Positions 1 to 10,144 are shown, counted from the first letter of the stretch. The stretch: DNA of 64,000 nucleotides from Nitrospira japonica (GCA_020725385.1 DYFC01000032.1:32001-96000), one strand, 5' to 3'. The notes: generated by a model from the sequence alone, not told the origin. A program made the numbers and translations.

Positions 1-2655
1 TTTGAGTCAGCAGAAAAATATAAAGACAATGTTGCCTTTAATTATTTTGATGCTGGATGGAAAAGAATAACATATGCTGAACTTACAAAGAACGTTAAAT
101 CCATTGCATCCTATCTTATAAATATTGGTATCAAAAAAGGCGACAGAGTCGCCATATGTTCTGAGAACCGTCCTGAATGGGGCACATCATATCTCGGGCT
201 TTCTCTCGCAGGATGCATAGGTGTTCCTATTGATGTTCAACTCGGGCATAATGAAATAAAAAACCTGCTTGAAGATTCAGAGTCAAAAATTATATTTCAT
301 AGTTTAAGAACCGCTGAAAATGTAAAAAAAGCTATTGAAGGCCTCGAAGAAAAATATAATTTAAAGGTATTGCCAGTTAATTTTGATTCTCCTGTATTCA
401 AAGAGATTCTAACCACACCTGTTAAAGACAAATTTCCTGATATTGAAGAAGAAGATATTGCATCAATTATTTATACATCGGGCACAACAGGCAAGCCAAA
501 AGGAGTTATGCTTTCACATAAGAACTTCTGTTCTGATGCAAAGGCACTTATGGATATTGGAATACTTTCAGATAAAGACAGTGTGATTAGTGTTCTGCCA
601 CTTCACCATACATATCCTTTCCTTGGCAATTGTCTTCTGCCTGTTTTTCTCGGGATACCTGTTTCATTTCCGCCGAGCCTTAAGGGACCGGATATAATGA
701 AAACAATGAAAGAATTCAATGTTACGGTTCTTGTGAGTGTTCCCCAGTTGCTTGAACTTATACGTAACGGTATTTTGAATAAAATAAAACAATTGAAGAG
801 TCCCCTGCCAAAGATTATGTTCGGAATTTTAAATATATCGGGTAAATTGCGAAGAAAATATGATATAAATCCGGGCAAAATTTTCTTCAGTTCTGTTCAT
901 AAATCTTTTGGAAAGAAATTCAGGTTTTCTGCCTGTGGCGGAGCAAAATTAGATACACAGGTTATGAAAGACCTTGAAGCTCTCGGCCTTACGATACTTG
1001 AAGGTTACGGACTAACCGAAACCTCGCCTGTAGTTTCATTCAATCCTATTCATAAAAGAAAACCGGGCTCTGTAGGAATAATTCTTCCTTCTGCAGAAGT
1101 AAAGATTGTTGATCCGGTTACAAATAAAGAAAAAGGTTTAAGGGAAGAAGGAGAGATTATTATCAGAGGTCCGATGGTCATGAAAGGATATTATAAGAAT
1201 CCGGAGGAAACTGCACAGGTACTTAAGGATGGCTGGTTCCATAGCGGTGATCTCGGTTATTTCGATGATGAAGGCTACTTGTTTATAACCGGAAGGATTA
1301 AGGAAGTTATAGTCCTGAGTTCGGGTAAAAATATATATCCTGAAGAAGTTGAAAAGCAATATCAGAAGATTCCGCTTATAAAGGAAATATGTGTATCGGG
1401 AATTGAAACAAAAGGAATGGTTGAATCTTTACACGCAGTAATTGTGCCTGATTTCGAGTATGCGGAAAAAAATAAAATTAGTAATATCCGTGAAGCATTG
1501 AACAAAGAAATTACCAATTTATCAACAGAGTTGCCTTCTTATATGACACTTAAAGGTTTTACTTTATATAATGATCCTCTACCGCGCACTCCTTTGGGTA
1601 AGCTTCGCAGATTTATGGTAAAGAATTTAATAAAAACACCTGTATCAATAAAAGAAGAAATTCCTGAAGAAGAATCTTATATATTAAAAGACGAAACAAG
1701 TGCCAAGATTATTGAATGTTTAAGATCCTTGCAAAAAGAAAAAGTACCTATAAAAAACACCGACAGTCTTGAGCTTGATCTTGGACTTGATTCTCTCTCA
1801 AAATTGGAACTTATTGCTATGCTTGAGAAAGTGTTTATGACCAAACTTCCTGATACTTTTCTCATAGGTGTGCAGACAGTGGAAGAATTAATCTCAAAGG
1901 TAAAAGAATATGGTAAAGGAAAAAGCAGTTCCTTGAAAAAATTACCCGAGTGGAAAGAAATATTATCCGCAGAACCTTCTTTTGAAGACAGAAAAAATAC
2001 AGGGTTTCATCATAATATATTTGAAAAGTTTGTATTATTTTCAGGACTTCAGTTAGTTAAAGCAATCTCAAAGGTATTTTTCAGATTACGTGTAAAAGGC
2101 ATAGAAAACATTCCTTCAAATTTTCCTTTTATAATTGCACCCAATCATGTCAGTTATCTTGACGCATTCATCATAGCTTCGGCAATTCCTTTTGATACAT
2201 TTAATAATCTTTACAGTCTCGGGATTCAAAAATATTTTGCAAATAAAGCTGGAAAGATATTTGCAAGACTTGCTAACGTTATCCCAATAGATCAGGAATT
2301 ATATCTCACAAAAGCTCTTCAAATGTCTGCTTATATCCTGAAAAACAAAAAATCCCTGCTTGTTTTCCCTGAAGGTAGCAGATCTGTCAATGGCGAACTC
2401 ATGGAATTCAAAAAAGGTGTTGGTATTCTTGCAGTTGAGATGAACATTCCTGTTGTGCCTGCTTATATTAAAGGAACTTTCAAAGCCTTACCAAGAGGCG
2501 CGGGCATACCAAAATTTGAAACTGTTGAAGTGATTTTCGGCAAACCCGTAATCCCTGCAGAAATTGATTTTTCAGCCAAACCCGAAGGAATTGACAGGTA
2601 TCAATACTTTGCGAATATATTGAAAAAAGAAGTCGAAAATTTAGGGAACAAATAA
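1..2655 (+). CDS. Long-chain acyl-CoA synthetase / acyl-carrier / PlsC-type acyltransferase fusion (5' end outside window)
   Basis: Frame open from base 1. AMP-binding motifs YTSGTTGKPKGV, EGYGLTE and SGDLG; carrier motif DLGLDSL; acyltransferase motifs NHVSYLD and FPEGSRS. Confidence 0.9.
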   Translation, partial: FESAEKYKDNVAFNYFDAGWKRITYAELTKNVKSIASYLINIGIKKGDRVAICSENRPEWGTSYLGLSLAGCIGVPIDVQLGHNEIKNLLEDSESKIIFHSLRTAENVKKAIEGLEEKYNLKVLPVNFDSPVFKEILTTPVKDKFPDIEEEDIASIIYTSGTTGKPKGVMLSHKNFCSDAKALMDIGILSDKDSVISVLPLHHTYPFLGNCLLPVFLGIPVSFPPSLKGPDIMKTMKEFNVTVLVSVPQLLELIRNGILNKIKQLKSPLPKIMFGILNISGKLRRKYDINPGKIFFSSVHKSFGKKFRFSACGGAKLDTQVMKDLEALGLTILEGYGLTETSPVVSFNPIHKRKPGSVGIILPSAEVKIVDPVTNKEKGLREEGEIIIRGPMVMKGYYKNPEETAQVLKDGWFHSGDLGYFDDEGYLFITGRIKEVIVLSSGKNIYPEEVEKQYQKIPLIKEICVSGIETKGMVESLHAVIVPDFEYAEKNKISNIREALNKEITNLSTELPSYMTLKGFTLYNDPLPRTPLGKLRRFMVKNLIKTPVSIKEEIPEEESYILKDETSAKIIECLRSLQKEKVPIKNTDSLELDLGLDSLSKLELIAMLEKVFMTKLPDTFLIGVQTVEELISKVKEYGKGKSSSLKKLPEWKEILSAEPSFEDRKNTGFHHNIFEKFVLFSGLQLVKAISKVFFRLRVKGIENIPSNFPFIIAPNHVSYLDAFIIASAIPFDTFNNLYSLGIQKYFANKAGKIFARLANVIPIDQELYLTKALQMSAYILKNKKSLLVFPEGSRSVNGELMEFKKGVGILAVEMNIPVVPAYIKGTFKALPRGAGIPKFETVEVIFGKPVIPAEIDFSAKPEGIDRYQYFANILKKEVENLGNK

Positions 2656-2679
2656 TCTCTCAATTATTTAGGTTAGCAA

Positions 2680-3927
2680 CTAATTTGGAAAACTACCGAA
2701 CTTATTTATTACAAGTCCTGTCAGGAGTTTTGGATAGAAATAAGTAGATTTTGGAGGCATTCTTACAGATGATAAAGCAGATTTTTCCACATCCTCAACC
2801 TTTGTGGGATTCAGGAAAAAAGCAGCTTTGTATTGACCGAGTTTTAGTTTATCAAGGGCAAGATTAACATTCATCTCATAGCCTATATCGGCAGTATGCA
2901 ATAATTCCTTGAAAATCAATTCATGCAAGATCATTACATCTATATCCTGAAGGTTTTCAGGAATACCAGCAATTTTGCCGCCTTTATATGTGAGAATATA
3001 CCATTTTTCTTCACTATTTATTATGAAGCCAAAAGCATTTTTCCTTTCCCCGAGTCTTTTTACAATATCGAAGTCATCTTTTACGACTTCAAAATTAAAG
3101 TATTCTGAAAGGAGATTTTCCATTCCCGGAGGAATTTCTTTCAAGAGCCTGTGGGTTGGAAGTATTGTGACACCTTCGTCATACATATTGGCAAGAAACA
3201 TCATTACATATCCGGAGGTTAATTCTGATGAAGGATTTTTATCCGACATTTCCCTGAAAAATTCAAATGCTGTTTCATATCGGTGATGGCCATCAGCAAT
3301 AAAAATCGGCTTATCTTCAAGCTCATTCTGAATTATCTTTATTTCTTCAGGATTATTAATACACCATAATTTATGGGTATCACCTTTAATATCAATAGCA
3401 TTAATATAAGGACTGCCCTGGGTTGATCTTTTAATTATTTCTAAAATACCATCTTCCTTGCTTTTATAAAGTGAGAAAATCGGACTTGTATTTGCTTCAC
3501 AGGAACGCATAAGATTCAATCTGTCCTGTTTCGGCTTTGAATGGGTGCATTCATGAGGATAAATATTACCTTTGCCAAGTTCTTCCAGCTTAACAAGCCC
3601 TATTAAACCTGTAAGTTTTTTTATTTTACCTTCCGTACTAAAAGCCATCTCATAAATATAGAAGGAAGGTTTATCGCTCTGAATAAATATTCCCTCATCA
3701 AGCCATTTATCGAGATAATGGCGGGCCCTTATATATTTATTATCTTTTTCATTATCCCCGGGCAATTCTTTGCCGAAATCAATCCTGACAATATTATAAG
3801 GGCTCTGCATATAAAGGGCTTCTCTATATTCGGGTGTAATAATATCATAAGGGGGTGCAAGAACATCCTCCATAGATACTTTTGATGTATTATAAAGAAT
3901 TCCTTTGAATGGTATTATTCTTTTCAT
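2680..3927 (-). CDS. DUF1015 family protein (ParB/Srx-like fold)
   Basis: APPYDII, IYPHE, IADGHHRYET and MPPKSTYFYPKLLTG motifs. Confidence 0.85.
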   Translation of the reverse strand: MKRIIPFKGILYNTSKVSMEDVLAPPYDIITPEYREALYMQSPYNIVRIDFGKELPGDNEKDNKYIRARHYLDKWLDEGIFIQSDKPSFYIYEMAFSTEGKIKKLTGLIGLVKLEELGKGNIYPHECTHSKPKQDRLNLMRSCEANTSPIFSLYKSKEDGILEIIKRSTQGSPYINAIDIKGDTHKLWCINNPEEIKIIQNELEDKPIFIADGHHRYETAFEFFREMSDKNPSSELTSGYVMMFLANMYDEGVTILPTHRLLKEIPPGMENLLSEYFNFEVVKDDFDIVKRLGERKNAFGFIINSEEKWYILTYKGGKIAGIPENLQDIDVMILHELIFKELLHTADIGYEMNVNLALDKLKLGQYKAAFFLNPTKVEDVEKSALSSVRMPPKSTYFYPKLLTGLVINKFGSFPN

Positions 3928-4039
3928 TTACTTATTTTAATTGTAGAAATACAGAGTTAATATTTTATCACGTCTAAAAAATTATTTTCAAATATATAGT
4001 AGCTTGCGATTTAGACATTCACTCACTATAATTTTAGTT

Positions 4040-4879
4040 ATGTACGAAAAAATTCTCGCAGCAGTTAATGAATTCACAAATTCAGAGCTTGCAGCCCGCT
4101 ATGCTCTGGCTCTTTCGCAATCATGTAATGCAAAACTTTTTCTTGTTTTTGTTGTACAGGAAGGCATTGATAAAAACACTTTTAGAAGAGCTGAATTAGC
4201 TCTTGAAAGGCTTTTTATAGATGCTGAAAATAGAGGAATTGAAGTTAAAAGTATCACAGAAAAAGGAGAGCCGGTTAAGAATATATATAATATTGTCAGG
4301 AAAGAACATATAGATTTGGTTTTTACTGCCACACGAAGGGAAGATGTATCTAAACGTTTTTTTGCAAAAACTGTTGCAAGAGAATTGATATTAAAAATGC
4401 CATGCTCTGTTGCTATGGTAAGGATAGTCCGTATGGGCAGGATTCATCCGGTAAACATACTTGTACCTTTAAAAGGAATTATGAGAGACATAGAAGAAAG
4501 AGCTTTTTTTGTTGGAAAGCTTGCTTCGGGTTTTAATTCTAAAGTAACCATATTTCATTGTCCGGAACCTCTTACTGATTTCTTTCATGGAAAGATATAC
4601 CTTAGTCCTGCTATGAGAGAAAAACATATCCCCGGGGATATTGAAACTTTCACCGAATATTTAAGCAGGCACATGATTATTAATGAGAAAAGAACCAGCT
4701 ATGGCACGATTTCAAAGGCAATAACCATAGAAGCAGCCCACAAAAGAAATGATTTAATTATAATGGGAGCAAGCGAAAGAAGCCTTATAAAAAGCCTTAT
4801 CAGCGGTAATCCGGTTGAGGAAGTACTTAAAGAAACTCCTTGTGATCTGATTGTCTTGAAAGCAAGAAGCAAATCATAA
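4040..4879 (+). CDS. Tandem universal stress protein (USP) domain protein
   Basis: MYEKILAAV N-terminus and DLIIMGA...GNPVEEVLKETPCDLIV C-terminus. ATG at 4040 preferred over TTG at 4004. Confidence 0.85.
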   Translation: MYEKILAAVNEFTNSELAARYALALSQSCNAKLFLVFVVQEGIDKNTFRRAELALERLFIDAENRGIEVKSITEKGEPVKNIYNIVRKEHIDLVFTATRREDVSKRFFAKTVARELILKMPCSVAMVRIVRMGRIHPVNILVPLKGIMRDIEERAFFVGKLASGFNSKVTIFHCPEPLTDFFHGKIYLSPAMREKHIPGDIETFTEYLSRHMIINEKRTSYGTISKAITIEAAHKRNDLIIMGASERSLIKSLISGNPVEEVLKETPCDLIVLKARSKS

Positions 4880-7540
4880 ATGAAGATTCATAATCTTTCC
4901 ATAGATGAAGTTTTCAAGAGTCTTGTAACTTCAGAAGATGGTCTTACCGAACAAGAGGCATTAAGTCGTTTTTCTGAATACGGTTCAAATGAGATTAAAG
5001 AAATAAAGAAAAAACCTTTATATATAAAGTTCCTATCCCAATTTACACATTTTCTGGCTATACTTCTTTGGCTTGCTGCTGTATTAAGTTTTTTGTCCGA
5101 ATATCTGCATCCGGGCGAGGGAATGCTTACACTCGGGATTGCGATTGTAGCTGTAATATTTATAAATGCTGTTTTTTCTTTTATACAGGAATATAAAGCT
5201 GAAAAAGCTCTCGAAGCTTTAAAAAAACTTCTGCCTTTTCATGTAAAAGTACTGAGAGACAGCAAAGAAAAAGAGATTTACGCAAGGGAAATTGTTCCCG
5301 GAGACATTATACTTCTTTCCGAAGGAGATAAGATTCCTGCGGATGCAAGATTAATAGAAGCTTCCGAGCTTAAAGTAAATAATGCTTCTCTTACAGGTGA
5401 ATCCGAGCCTGTTTTAAGAAACAACGAGCCATTTGCCGGAGAATTAATAAGAAGCCCGAACATTGTATTTGCCGGCACAACAGTTACAAACGGCTCAGGA
5501 AAGGCAGTAGTTTTTGCAACAGGCATGAGTACAGAATTCGGCCGCATCGCACATTTAACCGGTGCTGTGAGTTCGGGTCTCAGTCCTCTTCAAAAAGAGA
5601 TCATTAGAACGACAAGAATCCTCGCAACAATAGCTGCTTCTGTTGGCATATTCTTCTTCTTGCTCGGATTCGTAATAGGAAGAAGTTTCTGGCATAATTT
5701 TATCTTTGCGATTGGTATAACAGTCGCCCTTATCCCTGAAGGTTTGCTACCAACAATGACTTTGTCACTTGCTATGGCAAGCCAGAGAATGGCAAAAAGA
5801 AAAGCATTAATAAAAACTCTTACATCTGTCGAGACTCTCGGAGCTGTAACAGTTATCTGCACCGATAAAACAGGCACGCTCACACAAAATAAAATGTCAG
5901 CAGTGAAAATCTACTTTAACAATAAACTTGTTGATGTAAATGAATTAAAAGATGGCATGGCCTTTGAACTGCTCAGGGTTTCCTATTTTTGCAATAATGC
6001 CCGTTTTATAGATGGACAGTATAAAGGTGATCCTACAGAAATTGCTCTTTTAAAACTCGCAAAAGAAAGATTAGGAAATTTAAAAGTAAAACGTTTAAAA
6101 GAATTCCCTTTTGATCCTGATAGAAAAAGAATGACAACAGTTAATATGCTTGAAAATGAAATTATAGCTTTTACAAAGGGAGCGATAGAGGGTCTCCTTC
6201 CTTTATGTAGTAATTTCATTATTGATGGCAAAAAAATACCGTTTGATGAAAATTCAAGCAAATTAATAATGGATACTTGCCACAATATGATGGATACGGG
6301 ATTGAGAGTTCTCGCATTTGCATATAAAGATGCTGTAAATATCGAAAACTTTGACATAAATGAAATTGAAAATAACATGACATTCGCAGGATTGATAGGG
6401 CTTGAAGACCCGCCAAGACCAGAAGTAAAAGAAGCAATTAGAAAATGTAATGAAGCAGGAATAAAGATAATAATGATAACAGGTGATAGTAGTAGAACAG
6501 CAGTAGCTATCTCAAAAGAAATTGGTTTGATAAAAGGCGACCCGATAATAATTGAAGGATATGAATTCAATAAAATGTCTGATAAGGAATTAATAGAAAA
6601 ACTTCAGGCTAAAGAAATTATATTTACAAGAATGACACCGAAACACAAATTAAGGGTTGTTTCATTGCTCAAAGAAGAGGGCGAGATAGTTGCTGTAACA
6701 GGCGATGGAGTAAATGATGCTCCTGCTTTGAAAAAAGCTGATATTGGACTGGCAATGGGAATTACAGGCACAGATGTAGCAAAAGAAGCAGCGGATATTA
6801 TTTTGCTTGATGATAATTTTGCAACTATTGTTAATGCTGTTGAAGAAGGAAGGACTGTTTTTGACAATATAAAAAAATTTATAACTTATATATTTGCTTC
6901 AAATATCCCCGAAGCAGTTCCATATCTTGCTTATATATTGCTCAAAATACCTTTGCCTTTGACAATAATCCAGATACTTGCTGTTGATCTCGGAACAGAT
7001 ATGCTCCCTGCTCTTGCATTGGGCGCTGAAAAACCTTCACCTGATGTTATGAAACAGCCGCCGAGAAAGATGAAGAAAAGGCTTCTGGATTTTCCTTTAA
7101 TTCTCAGGTCATACCTTTTTCTTGGCCCAATCGAAGCAGCAGCATGTATGTTTGGTTTTTTCTGGGTTTTAAATCACGGTGGTTGGCTCTGGGGCACAAT
7201 GCTTGGTCCCAATAACACACTTTATCTTCAGGCTACAACAGCATGTTTGACTGCAATAATTATTACCCAGATAGGTAATGTATTTGCCTGCCGCTCTTCA
7301 AGATCGTCTATCTTCCATACAGATTTTTTTTCAAATAAACTTATATTTCTCGGGATTATGGTTGAAATTCTACTTCTTCTATTTATCGTTTACCATCCAT
7401 TCGGGAATAAAATATTCTTAACTGCTCCTATAAGTTTCGAGACATGGCTTGTACCTGTACCATTTAGCATCGCACTGTTAGTTTTGGAGGAATTGAGAAA
7501 ATTTTATGTACGAAGACAAAAACAAGAAAAATATATTTAA
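4880..7540 (+). CDS. Cation-transporting P-type ATPase (type II, Na/K- or Ca-like)
   Basis: TGES, PEGL, DKTGT phosphorylation site, KGA, DPPR, GDGVNDAPAL and DLGTD motifs. Confidence 0.95.
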   Translation: MKIHNLSIDEVFKSLVTSEDGLTEQEALSRFSEYGSNEIKEIKKKPLYIKFLSQFTHFLAILLWLAAVLSFLSEYLHPGEGMLTLGIAIVAVIFINAVFSFIQEYKAEKALEALKKLLPFHVKVLRDSKEKEIYAREIVPGDIILLSEGDKIPADARLIEASELKVNNASLTGESEPVLRNNEPFAGELIRSPNIVFAGTTVTNGSGKAVVFATGMSTEFGRIAHLTGAVSSGLSPLQKEIIRTTRILATIAASVGIFFFLLGFVIGRSFWHNFIFAIGITVALIPEGLLPTMTLSLAMASQRMAKRKALIKTLTSVETLGAVTVICTDKTGTLTQNKMSAVKIYFNNKLVDVNELKDGMAFELLRVSYFCNNARFIDGQYKGDPTEIALLKLAKERLGNLKVKRLKEFPFDPDRKRMTTVNMLENEIIAFTKGAIEGLLPLCSNFIIDGKKIPFDENSSKLIMDTCHNMMDTGLRVLAFAYKDAVNIENFDINEIENNMTFAGLIGLEDPPRPEVKEAIRKCNEAGIKIIMITGDSSRTAVAISKEIGLIKGDPIIIEGYEFNKMSDKELIEKLQAKEIIFTRMTPKHKLRVVSLLKEEGEIVAVTGDGVNDAPALKKADIGLAMGITGTDVAKEAADIILLDDNFATIVNAVEEGRTVFDNIKKFITYIFASNIPEAVPYLAYILLKIPLPLTIIQILAVDLGTDMLPALALGAEKPSPDVMKQPPRKMKKRLLDFPLILRSYLFLGPIEAAACMFGFFWVLNHGGWLWGTMLGPNNTLYLQATTACLTAIIITQIGNVFACRSSRSSIFHTDFFSNKLIFLGIMVEILLLLFIVYHPFGNKIFLTAPISFETWLVPVPFSIALLVLEELRKFYVRRQKQEKYI

Positions 7541-7566
7541 GAAAATACAGATGTTGCGAAAAATCC

Positions 7567-7589
7567 GTTATCCGTATTAAATACGGACA
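7567..7589. repeat. Short palindromic repeat, copy 1 (GTTATCCGTATTAAATACGGACA)
   Basis: Near-identical copy at 8066-8087; internal palindrome TCCGTATT/AATACGGA. Confidence 0.6.
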
Positions 7590-7745
7590 GGTGGAACGGT
7601 TTTTTCGTGCGATGCCTGCATTAACTGGGTTATTAAATGTTTTGACAAAAGAATTTATATTTAAGTATATTTTGTTAGTGTTTCAGATTTGAAGACATTT
7701 ATGATTACAATCAGACCTAATAGAACTTAGGGAGAGACATTCTAA

Positions 7746-7955
7746 ATGAGGAAGATTAAATATAGCAAAGATGTTGACACCCTTCTTATTGAACTTTCAG
7801 ATAGAAAAATAGACTATGCTGAAGAAGAAGGTCAAATAATTATACATTTTTCAAAAGATGGAGAACCGGTTCTTTTGGAGATATTAGATGCAAAAGACTT
7901 TTTACTCAATTCTCTCGCAAGTCTTGTAAAAGAAAAAGAAGTAGCAATACCTTAA
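7746..7955 (+). CDS. DUF2283 family small protein (putative antitoxin)
   Basis: IKYSKDVDTLLIEL...DGEPVLLEILDA pattern typical of DUF2283; GGAGA RBS. No intact partner toxin upstream. Confidence 0.7.
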   Translation: MRKIKYSKDVDTLLIELSDRKIDYAEEEGQIIIHFSKDGEPVLLEILDAKDFLLNSLASLVKEKEVAIP

Positions 7956-8065
7956 ATAACAAAAAACACAGACAACTATACATATTAACAGTTTACAGTT
8001 TACTTTTAACGCTTTACTTATTTACAGCTTTTCACGTTTTTCTTTTTTATACGTAAGCATTGTTT

Positions 8066-8091
8066 GTTACCCGTATAAATACGGACACGAT
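8066..8091. repeat. Short palindromic repeat, copy 2
   Basis: GTTACCCGTATAAATACGGACACGAT; its end is the reverse complement of ATCGTGTCCGTA at 27917. Confidence 0.55.
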
Positions 8092-8129
8092 GAATACAAT
8101 TATTTATTGCCGAGTTAATAATATATATA

Positions 8130-8490
8130 TTATTTTTGGAGGGTCTTTAAATATTCTAAAATTGCTTCTTTAAATCTATCAAAATCTCCAGGATATTTCT
8201 TTAGGATTGTAACAATTATTTCTGCATCTATCTGCTCATACTGGTGCACTAAAATATTCCTGAATTTTGACATCTTCTTAAGACTTATAAAAAGTTCTTC
8301 TCCGAATTTTATTTTCATATAAAATTTTAAATATATCTGCATAACTCCCAGGTGCTCTCATGTTTCCACATGAAATAATGTGCTTCGCAATATCAGCACA
8401 TGTCTCTATCATTATCTGCAAAGTCATCTCAATTATACGCTGTTTCTTCCAGTCTTCTTTATACTCTCTAACTGTTATCTCAGAATACTC
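8130..8490 (-). pseudogene. Frameshifted, N-truncated DUF86/HEPN RNase toxin
   Basis: EYSEITVREYKEDWKKQRIIEMTLQIMIETCADIAKHIIS...YADIFKILYENKI is in one frame; GEELFISLKKMSKFRNILVHQY (RX4H) is in another. Frameshift near 8305. Confidence 0.8.
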
Positions 8491-8666
8491 CTGTCCGTGT
8501 TCTGTAAATAAATAGCAATATCTACATCTGATAAATTTGTTTGACTACCGGATGCCATGCTTCCAAAAAGATATGCAAAAATAATATTATCCTCAGCTTC
8601 AATAACTTTTTTTACCTCATTAATAATCATCAGTCTATTTGATAATATAGGCCTAAATTTAATCAT
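8475..8666 (-). pseudogene. Truncated MNT (minimal nucleotidyltransferase) antitoxin
   Basis: AYLFGSMASG...SDVDIAI motif; only the N-terminal half remains and runs directly into the HEPN remnant. Confidence 0.75.
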
Positions 8667-8791
8667 GTTTAACTATTGCGTAGTAAATAAAAGTTGTCAA
8701 CTTTGAATTTTTCTTTATCGTTTTTATCTTGCCATTTATCAAAAGTATATAGCTGACACCTTTATTTTTATTTACCCGAAAGATGCAATTG

Positions 8792-8842
8792 GAGATGCTG
8801 AACCAACCCTGAAACAAGTTCATGGCATGGTTTATGATGACA
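8792..8842. repeat. Degenerate REP-like palindromic element (GATGCTGAA...CCTGAAACAAGTTCA...ATGAC)
   Basis: Nested imperfect hairpin ending in ATGAC, like the REP copies at 54408-54491. Confidence 0.45.
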
Positions 8843-9247
8843 ATTTTCGACCCTTTACGCATAAGCAATTTCACACTAACGGCACCAGGGTTAGGAAACC
8901 TAATCAGGGGTTTTTACAAGTGCTTGAATATACCACTTAAAAGCTTTTTAATCAAGTATTCCTGTTGGTTTCATAGTTGTATATAGTTTGATTTGTTTTG
9001 ATGTTTTTTGATATATTCATTTCACGATTTTTTCATGTGAAAAATTTAACAATCTAAGGTGTGCCTGCTGCGCCCGCCCGCCACTCCGCAGGCACGAGTT
9101 TTTCCATAGCCCCCGTCGCTCAGGCACTATGCTTGCGTTATCCCGCAAAAGCTGCGCCAGTCACTAAACTTGCTTTTTGACTGCAAGCAAGCCCGTGCCT
9201 TCGCTCCACCACCCTATAATAATATTGTGTTTAGTTCGGGTGATATG

Positions 9248-9532
9248 TCAGTTCCATGTTACATCTTGTTCATCATAAGCATCTTCCATTGCTTCAAGTA
9301 CTAACCGAAAAAATTCTGGATTTTCTCCAAGAAAATTAACAAGAAGTTCCGCTAAAACATAGGGTTCTTCCATCGAAAATAACCATATGTCTTTTTCAAA
9401 ATCACCGTTCATTAAAACGATAAAATTCTTTGCCTTCCCATTTTGTTCACCTCTTAATTTGCCCAGAACCTTTCCTGTAGAAAATAGTTCAAAGTTGATG
9501 TTATAAAGCTTTTTCTCTTTGTTCTTTATCAT
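9248..9532 (-). CDS. Hypothetical protein (94 aa, acidic C-terminus) downstream of SAM-I/IV riboswitch
   Basis: GGAGGT RBS 5 nt before ATG; no family recognised. Confidence 0.7.
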   Translation of the reverse strand: MIKNKEKKLYNINFELFSTGKVLGKLRGEQNGKAKNFIVLMNGDFEKDIWLFSMEEPYVLAELLVNFLGENPEFFRLVLEAMEDAYDEQDVTWN

Positions 9533-9673
9533 TTTTTACCTCCGATTTTTGTTTTCTTGAGTGGATTAAGGCTCTGCCTGATATTGTTTTATGGTGGTAG
9601 CTTGGATATAAGAGAAAATTGCGGTTTCATCGATGCAAGCACCTCCTTTTCGAGATGATTACATCAGGGCAAT

Positions 9674-9699
9674 AAAAAAACCGCCACATCAGGGCGGTT
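9674..9699 (-). terminator. Intrinsic terminator (riboswitch expression platform)
   Basis: AACCGCC-CTGATGT-GGCGGTT stem-loop running into a 7-T tract on the minus strand. Confidence 0.85.
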
Positions 9700-9707
9700 A
9701 GTTCATT

Positions 9708-9818
9708 TGGAGATCTTTTTTTCGGAAAACTCAGTCCGCACATCGAGTGGTTTCCCACTCAGGCACCGTAGCATCTCCACGCTCGGTTGCCGAATCCTCC
9801 TCGGATTGCTCCTGATGT
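9708..9818 (-). ncRNA. SAM-I/IV variant riboswitch
   Basis: Minus strand: P1 ACAUC/GAUGU; AUCAGGAG junction; short P2 AAUCC/GGAUU; P3 GGCAACCG/CGGUGCC; P4 GAGUGG-GAAA-CCACUC; P5 CGGA/UCCG; PK-2 between L3 UGGAGAU (9773-9779) and 3' AUCUCCA (9708-9714). Confidence 0.88.
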
Positions 9819-9824
9819 TATGTT

Positions 9825-9833
9825 ATTTTAACA
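9825..9833 (-). promoter_or_regulatory. Extended -10 promoter for the riboswitch transcript
   Basis: TG-T-TAAAAT lies 6 nt upstream of the first P1 base (9818). Confidence 0.55.
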
Positions 9834-10090
9834 TATTTCCATTCAGAAAAGCTTCAATATTTTTTTTGATTTTATCTTCTCTTTTGCCTTAATATATGCT
9901 TCGTTAGGTCTAATGGATTTGTAATGATAAGTAAATCTTTTAGAGAATCTTGTTTGAAATCTTAACTATGAAATTTTAAGTGCCCAAACCAATTGAAATG
10001 ATTTTTACTTTAAGACTTCCTCTTGTTAATTCGACAAATGTAAAGATTTATGATTGTTCTCTAAAAAGTTGTTGAATAAATAGACACACT

Positions 10091-10144
10091 GTCATTCCCC
10101 GATTTACCTGCCCACTGTTTTTGTGGCGGGATCGGGGAATCCAG
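10091..10144. repeat. REP-like palindrome with inserted hairpin
   Basis: GTCATTCCCCGAT...ATCGGGGAATCCAG, same family as 54408-54491. Confidence 0.7.

Noticed and set aside
8659-8874. 71-aa minus-strand ORF
   Set aside because: Crosses a REP-like element and AT-rich promoter DNA; no recognisable family.
8874-8903. CTAAC...GTTAG, integron attC-like
   Set aside because: Far too short for attC, with no L boxes or integrase.
9097-9144. ColE1/pUC-like origin words (TTTTTCCATAG, GCGTTATCCC), or vector contamination
   Set aside because: Only 10-12-nt matches, and the surrounding sequence does not follow the vector; treated as coincidental.
9707-9892. 61-aa plus-strand ORF
   Set aside because: Antisense to the riboswitch; no RBS or family signal.
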